Shown here: positions 58,975 to 64,000 of the stretch, in pieces
Position numbering within the stretch: the stretch's first letter is position 1
Layout: each line of letters begins with the position of its first letter
NCBI GenBank assembly: GCA_944390915.1
Contig: CALXRS010000006.1
Location: 3,013 to 67,012 of the forward strand
Reading direction: 5' to 3'
Source: an uncultured Alphaproteobacteria bacterium
GTDB lineage: Bacteria > Pseudomonadota > Alphaproteobacteria > RF32 > CAG-239
Length of the DNA stretch: 64,000 nt
Notes under the pieces: model-generated
The model's database searches: none
What the model was told of the DNA's origin: nothing
Seen by the model: the letters and a program-made list of their open reading frames with translations, nothing else
Translations under genes and position numbers: made by a program

Positions 58975-58986
58975 CCGTTTTGAACT

Positions 58987-59024
58987 AAAAAAACAACCGT
59001 CGCTGGCGACGGTTGTTTTTTTTA
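58987..59024. terminator. bidirectional rho-independent terminator
   Basis: The 12-bp stem aacaaccgtcgc (58992-59003) pairs with gcgacggttgtt (59006-59017). It is flanked by A7 and T7 runs. Confidence 0.8.
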
Positions 59025-59043
59025 GTTCCGGCTGTTTTGCCGC

Positions 59044-59997
59044 TTAAATCCGGGAGCGGACAAATTGCGCAAAGGCCTGCTCGTCATCCCAGCGAACGGC
59101 AATTTCCAGCACTTTGAAACGCGGCTGCAGGGCAGGCGGAATTTTAACGAAATCTTTGGCCGTCGTGACGGCTGCAACGCCCAGAGCATCGGCTTCGCTT
59201 AGGAGTTTTTGCAGTTCTTCTTCGGTATAAAAATGATGATCCGGAAAATCAATCGTTTTTATCGGAGTAATTCCCTGTTCGCGAAGAGAGTTATAAAATT
59301 TTTCCGGCCGTCCGATGCCGGCAAAAGCCAGGGCTTTGTTGTCCGGCAAAACAAGCGGCAGGACAACCGTGCGGGCGCCGAAAACGGGCAGGGGAGAAAG
59401 TTTGTCCGCCAAACGGTGCTTGTCTTCGCCAATGATGACGGCGGCGTCGGCGCGGTGGAGACCGGCGGCAAAATCTTCGCGCAGCGGACCGGCCGGCACG
59501 GGCAAACCGTTGCCAAGCCCGAAACCGCCGTCAAAAACAAGTATGCTCAGATCCTTAAACAATCCCGGGTTTTGGAAACCGTCATCCATAATCAGCACGT
59601 CCGCCCCGGCGTTGATTGCCGTCAACGCGCCCTGATAGCGGTCGGGGTTGACGGCAACGGGGGCTTTCTTTGCCAAAAGCATGGGTTCGTCGCCGATGTC
59701 TTTGGCCGTATGTCGGGTCAGGTCGGCCATCACGCCTTTCAGCCGTCCGCCGTAGCCGCGGGTGACAAAGGCCGGTTTTTTGCCGCATTGGCGCAAAAGT
59801 TCGGCAACGGCCAGAGCAACCGGTGTTTTGCCGGTGCCGCCGGCGGTGAGGTTGCCGATACAAACCACCGGTGCCGGCGCTTTTTGCGTTTTTTTCAGCT
59901 TCAGGCGCAGGGCGGTTGCCGCGGCATAAAGTTTTCCTGCCGGCAGCAGCAGGCAGGAAAACAGTCCGTTGTTTTGCCAATATCCGGGAGTTTTCAT
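59044..59997 (-). CDS. lpxK: tetraacyldisaccharide 4'-kinase
   Basis: 317 aa with the P-loop GNLTAGGTGKTP. Its start overlaps the waaA stop by 4 nt. Confidence 0.85.
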   Translation of the reverse strand: MKTPGYWQNNGLFSCLLLPAGKLYAAATALRLKLKKTQKAPAPVVCIGNLTAGGTGKTPVALAVAELLRQCGKKPAFVTRGYGGRLKGVMADLTRHTAKDIGDEPMLLAKKAPVAVNPDRYQGALTAINAGADVLIMDDGFQNPGLFKDLSILVFDGGFGLGNGLPVPAGPLREDFAAGLHRADAAVIIGEDKHRLADKLSPLPVFGARTVVLPLVLPDNKALAFAGIGRPEKFYNSLREQGITPIKTIDFPDHHFYTEEELQKLLSEADALGVAAVTTAKDFVKIPPALQPRFKVLEIAVRWDDEQAFAQFVRSRI

Positions 59998-61262
59998 TGC
60001 GGGATATATTCTTTGATTTTGTTCATAATCCCGTCCAGAACTTTCGATTCGGACATTGCCCAGTCGTAGGCTTTCTGCCGTTTTTCTTCAAGCAGGTTTT
60101 TGTTTTCGAGCAACAGGCAAACCTGGTTGGAAAGGTCTATGACATTGTTGACCTGAATGACGGCGTTGGCCTTTTGGGCGCGGTTCATGGCGTCGGTAAA
60201 GTTGTGCATGTGCGGGCCGACAATCACCGCGTCGCGGCAGCGGGAAGGCTCCATAAAGTTTTGCCCGCCGTGGGGAATGAGCGAGCCGCCGATAAACACC
60301 AGCGGACACAGGTTGTACCACAGCCCCATTTCGCCGATGGTGTTGGCGACGTAAACGTCCGTTTCGGGAGTAATCGGCTCGTCTTTGGAGCGCAGAGAAA
60401 CGTTAAGCCCGAGCTCTTCCTGCATTTGTTTTTGGATTTCTTCTCCGCGGTTGGGGTGGCGGGGCGCCACAATCAGCAGCAGATCGGGAAATTCTTTTTT
60501 CATTTCGCCCAGAAAACGTGCGATTTTCATTTCTTCGTCTTCATGGGTCGAGCTTGCGAGCCACACGGTTCGACCGTTGATTTCTTTTTCCAGCTGTTTT
60601 TTCTTTTCTTCGTCAACGGGCAACGGCAGACCGGCATATTTCAGGTTGCCGAGGCATTCGGCCTCTTTGGCGCCAAGAACTTTCAGGCGGTAGGCGTCTT
60701 CGTCGGACTGTCCGAGGCAATAGGTGAAGCAGCCGAGAAGTTCCTTGCAGATATAGTCAAACTGCTGCCAGCGCTTAAACGAGCGGTTGGAGATTCTGCC
60801 GTTTACCAGAATGAGCGGAATATTTTTGCTCTTGATGGTGGAAAGCATGGCCGGCCACAGTTCCGATTCAAACCACAGGGCGGCATCCGGATGCCAGTAA
60901 CGGACAAAGCGTTTGGTAAAGGCCGGGTTGTCGATCGGGATATATTGGTGAAAAGCCCGTTCGGGCAGCCGTTTGCCCATCAGCTCCGCCGAAGTCGTCG
61001 TGCCGGTTGTTACCATCACATGAGCTTCGGGATAGGTCAAAAGCAGTTTGTCGATTAACGGCAGCATGGAAAGGGATTCGCCGACGGAGGCGCCGTGCAG
61101 CCAGAACAATTTACCCTCTGGGCGGGGCATCAGCGGCTTGCCGATTCTTTCGTTAAAGCGTTTGATGTCTTCTTTGCCGCGTTCTTTGCGTTTGTTGATG
61201 TAGGGGCGGATGGCCAGCGGATATAAAAGGCGGACAAGAGTGTTGTAGACTTGGATAAACAT
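59994..61262 (-). CDS. waaA: 3-deoxy-D-manno-octulosonic acid (Kdo) transferase
   Basis: 422 aa. It has the WLHGASVGE motif and a GT30 C-terminal half. Confidence 0.9.
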   Translation of the reverse strand: MFIQVYNTLVRLLYPLAIRPYINKRKERGKEDIKRFNERIGKPLMPRPEGKLFWLHGASVGESLSMLPLIDKLLLTYPEAHVMVTTGTTTSAELMGKRLPERAFHQYIPIDNPAFTKRFVRYWHPDAALWFESELWPAMLSTIKSKNIPLILVNGRISNRSFKRWQQFDYICKELLGCFTYCLGQSDEDAYRLKVLGAKEAECLGNLKYAGLPLPVDEEKKKQLEKEINGRTVWLASSTHEDEEMKIARFLGEMKKEFPDLLLIVAPRHPNRGEEIQKQMQEELGLNVSLRSKDEPITPETDVYVANTIGEMGLWYNLCPLVFIGGSLIPHGGQNFMEPSRCRDAVIVGPHMHNFTDAMNRAQKANAVIQVNNVIDLSNQVCLLLENKNLLEEKRQKAYDWAMSESKVLDGIMNKIKEYIPQ

Positions 61263-62026
61263 TATTTCTTATTTTCCTCCGTATCAGAATATTTTTTAGG
61301 TTTGGCGGAAACGCCGGGTTCGATTTTCGGCAGACCGAAGACACGATCCGCCTTCAAGGTAAGGCTGTTCATTTCGTTTTCGAGTTGTTGGCGATATTGT
61401 TCCAGTTCTTCGTCAGTTGCGGTAGCCGGAATATAGTATGGTTTGGTAATATGCAGGGTACCGCGGCAAAAGGGAAAAGGAACAATCATGGCGTCCCAGC
61501 TTTTGGCCACCAGTGAGTGTTCGATGCTGTAGGTGGCGCCGAATACGGGTTTGCCGGATTTGCGCGCAAAATAAAGCGGGCTGATGCTCATTTTCATCCG
61601 CGGTCCGCGCGGTCCGTCGGGGATAATGGCCACGGCCTTGTCCTCCCGTAACGAGTGGAGCAGACTCAAAGCCGCGGCATTGGCGTTGGCGGAAGACGAG
61701 CCGTCAATAATGCCAAAGCCGTATTTTTCCAGAAATTTGGCAACGATTCTTCCGTCTTTGTGCAACGAGACAAGGGCGTTAAGCGGTCTTTGTTTGTTCC
61801 AGAAATGCGGAATCATCAGCGCCCGGCCGTGCCAGATGACCAAAATAATGGCCTTGTCCTGATGCCATGTCTGGTAGAGCTGGTTGAGCCCGAAAGCACC
61901 CCAGCGCGTTGTCTGCCCGATCCAGCGCGAGTAATAATATATCAATATGCCGAGCATATCAATAAAGCGAGGGTGATTTGTAACTTTTTTGAAAAAATTT
62001 TTTAATTTTTTCAATAATGTTTTCAT
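61262..62026 (-). CDS. DUF374 / lysophospholipid-acyltransferase-like protein
   Basis: 254 aa. It lies upstream of waaA as in many alphaproteobacteria. The assignment rests on resemblance and synteny. Confidence 0.6.
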   Translation of the reverse strand: MKTLLKKLKNFFKKVTNHPRFIDMLGILIYYYSRWIGQTTRWGAFGLNQLYQTWHQDKAIILVIWHGRALMIPHFWNKQRPLNALVSLHKDGRIVAKFLEKYGFGIIDGSSSANANAAALSLLHSLREDKAVAIIPDGPRGPRMKMSISPLYFARKSGKPVFGATYSIEHSLVAKSWDAMIVPFPFCRGTLHITKPYYIPATATDEELEQYRQQLENEMNSLTLKADRVFGLPKIEPGVSAKPKKYSDTEENKK

Positions 62027-62208
62027 TTGTATACCTTCATCATAAAAATTTACGGTTTAAGTCCTATCCGGCGGCGCACGACGATCGCTCTGCGGAATAT
62101 TTGGTTATTGTTTCCGCCCGATATTATCCTTTACATTTCCATATAACACAGTTTTATAAAAGACTCAAAGGATTTATGTACTTATCAAGAAGCGGCGGTA
62201 AAATATAA

Positions 62209-62238
62209 AAAAACAGCGCTCCGATTTGGTCGGAGCGC
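62209..62238 (-). terminator. rho-independent terminator after rubrerythrin
   Basis: gcgctccga (62216-62224) pairs with tcggagcgc (62230-62238). A T-run follows on the minus strand. Confidence 0.7.
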
Positions 62239-62261
62239 AAAAATTTTCTTTGCCGGTCAAA

Positions 62262-62801
62262 TTAAAATTCTTCCTGAAGTTCAAAGAAATAAGCCTGCGG
62301 ATGGTCGCAAACCGGGCATTTTTCGGGTGCCATTGGGCTTTCGACGCGGTGGCCGCAGTTGGCGCATTCCCAGATAACTTTGGTCGGACGGTTGAAAATT
62401 TTGCCTTCAACCAGCGATTTTAACAGGGCGTTGTATCTTTCTTCGTGTCCTTTTTCGATGGCTGCCACCGATTTGAACAGAAAAGCGATTTTGGTAAATC
62501 CTTCCTCTTCGGCTTCTTTGGCCATGCGGGCATACATTTCCGTCCATTCGTAGTTTTCGCCGGCGGCCGCGTCTTTCAGGTTGTCGACGGTCGAGGGAAC
62601 TTCGCCGCCGTGGAGCAGCTTAAACCAGATTTTGGCATGTTCTTTTTCGTTGTTGGCCGTCTGTTCAAATTTGTCGGCGATAATGTTGTAGCCTTCTTTT
62701 TTGGCTTTTGAGGCATAGTAGGTGTATTTATTGCGCGCCTGCGATTCGCCGGCAAAGGCTTCCATTAAGTTTTTTTCTGTTTTCGAACCTTTAAGTTCCA
62801 T
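62262..62801 (-). CDS. rbr: rubrerythrin
   Basis: 179 aa from the ATG at 62801 after AAGGAG. It has diiron ExxH helices ([10 protein letters not shown]) and a C-terminal rubredoxin-like CANCGH...CPVCDHP. Confidence 0.9.
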   Translation of the reverse strand: MELKGSKTEKNLMEAFAGESQARNKYTYYASKAKKEGYNIIADKFEQTANNEKEHAKIWFKLLHGGEVPSTVDNLKDAAAGENYEWTEMYARMAKEAEEEGFTKIAFLFKSVAAIEKGHEERYNALLKSLVEGKIFNRPTKVIWECANCGHRVESPMAPEKCPVCDHPQAYFFELQEEF

Positions 62802-62839
62802 TTCCTTACTCCTTGTTTTTTGTTTGAAAGATGGTTGAT

Positions 62840-63220
62840 TTAATTGATTTTCCGGCAGTTTTGGCATATCCCGCGGAAAGCGATGTCATAAGAGGTAACC
62901 TTCAGCCCCGTTTGCTTTTCCACCGCCGTTTCCAGATCGGGCGCGATGTCATAAGGCACGTCAAACACTTGTCCGCACCGGGTGCAGATAAAATGATAGT
63001 GATCATGTGTCTGATGATCAAAATGCGCCGTTCCGTCCAGTCCTTCGATTTTTTTGACCATGCCGTTTTCGGCCAAAAGATTGAGGTTGCGGTAGACGGT
63101 GGCCAAACTGACCGTCGGCTCCTCCTGGAGGATAAAATCGTAAAGCTGCTCGGCCGTCGGGTGGATGCAGTTTTCTCTTAAAGATTTAAGTATCAGTTCT
63201 CTTTGGCGGGAATATTTCAT
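62840..63220 (-). CDS. Fur-family regulator, PerR-like
   Basis: 126 aa from the ATG at 63220 after GAGG. Motifs are [17 protein letters not shown] and CQNC. Its position between rubrerythrin and the flavodiiron gene suggests a peroxide-stress role. Confidence 0.75.
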   Translation of the reverse strand: MKYSRQRELILKSLRENCIHPTAEQLYDFILQEEPTVSLATVYRNLNLLAENGMVKKIEGLDGTAHFDHQTHDHYHFICTRCGQVFDVPYDIAPDLETAVEKQTGLKVTSYDIAFRGICQNCRKIN

Positions 63221-63230
63221 CTTTGCCTCA

Positions 63231-63262
63231 AAATGATAATTATTACTATTATTGTTGATAAC
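63231..63262. promoter_or_regulatory. candidate Fur/PerR box in the perR / flavodiiron divergent promoter
   Basis: GATAATTATTACTATTATT matches 14 of 19 positions of the Fur-box consensus GATAATGATAATCATTATC by my count. It lies 10-40 nt upstream of the perR-like start. Confidence 0.35.
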
Positions 63263-63347
63263 CTGTTTAAAACGTGTTGTCAACTGCAAAATATGTGTCT
63301 ATTTATATGTCATCAACACCTGTCAACATACAAACAAGGAAAATAAA

Positions 63348-64000
63348 ATGCAAGCAAAAGAAATCAAAAACGGCATCTACTGGGTTGGTGCCAAGGACTG
63401 GAATTTACGGGAGTTTCACGGTTATGCCACGCCGCACGGCTCCACATACAACTCTTATCTTATCACGGATGAAAAAATCGCCCTTGTCGACGGCGTCAAA
63501 AGCTATATGTCGCCGGAGATGATTGCTCGGGTTAAAAGCGTGGTCGATTTTTCCAAAATCAGCTATGTGGTGGTCAACCATGTGGAAATGGATCATTCCG
63601 GCAATATTCCGGAAATCATGAAGCTGGCGCCGCAGGCGGTCATTGTGACCGACAACGCAGGCAAAATGGCGCTCGAGGCGCATTTTGACACCACCGGTTG
63701 GAACTATCATCTGGTTACGACCGGCGACAGCCTGCCGCTCGGCAAAAGAAGCCTCACTTTTATGACCACCCCTATGCTTCACTGGCCGGATTCGATGATG
63801 ACTTATATTAAAGAAGAAAAGCTGCTGCTTTCCAACGACGGTTTTGGCCAGCATCTGGCTTCGGACGGTCTGTTTGTGCGTGAACAGCCGCTTGACGTGG
63901 TCTTAAACGATGCCAAGAGCTACTATGCCAATATTTTGTTTCCGTACGGCGCGCAGGCAGAAAAAGCCCTGAATACGGCCGGCACGCTCGGGCTCGATAT
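63348..64000 (+). CDS. flavodiiron protein (FprA/flavorubredoxin-like), N-terminal part; 3' end lies outside the window
   Basis: From ATG 63348 after AAGGA the frame is open to the window end. It reads MQAKEIKNGIYWVGAKDWNLREFHG... and has the metallo-beta-lactamase-like diiron motif NHVEMDHSG. Confidence 0.85.
   Translation, partial: MQAKEIKNGIYWVGAKDWNLREFHGYATPHGSTYNSYLITDEKIALVDGVKSYMSPEMIARVKSVVDFSKISYVVVNHVEMDHSGNIPEIMKLAPQAVIVTDNAGKMALEAHFDTTGWNYHLVTTGDSLPLGKRSLTFMTTPMLHWPDSMMTYIKEEKLLLSNDGFGQHLASDGLFVREQPLDVVLNDAKSYYANILFPYGAQAEKALNTAGTLGLD

Noticed and set aside
59871-61058. 395-aa plus-strand ORF opposite waaA and lpxK
   Set aside because: It is an antisense shadow ORF spanning two clearly assigned minus-strand genes.

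Overview
This is a 64-kb chromosomal window from a Gram-negative bacterium. Its gene order looks alphaproteobacterial: hflK-hflC-degP-holC, rne / amiC-mrcA-prfB, and DUF374-waaA-lpxK. It also carries anaerobe hallmark genes: HydG with a TM1266-type regulator, and rubrerythrin, a PerR-like Fur protein and a flavodiiron protein. Most of the window is densely packed housekeeping: glycogen genes glgB-glgX-malQ, envelope biogenesis, Lon, HU, Ppa, a Pit phosphate transporter, Mla components and one tRNA-Val. I saw no CRISPR array, transposase, integrase or recognisable defence system. I cannot point to a clear multi-gene novel system. The most unusual regions are listed here.
1. A 2130-aa Pmp-repeat autotransporter contains two near-identical in-frame 894-bp modules. 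A 16-nt perfect inverted repeat brackets an AT-rich segment upstream of it.
2. A low-GC glycan-modification cassette lies between a DegT aminotransferase gene and lon. It encodes a GT2, an uncharacterised protein with a PP-loop-like motif, and a 4Fe-4S/FrhB-like::pyruvyl-transferase fusion.
3. A very AT-rich islet with orphan genes abuts tRNA-Val.
4. A 265-codon ORF is interrupted by a single in-frame TAG.
5. A 487-bp non-coding gap holds a ~170-nt multi-hairpin element.
prfB carries the classical +1 frameshift site. All functional calls come from motif recognition by eye; no database search was run.
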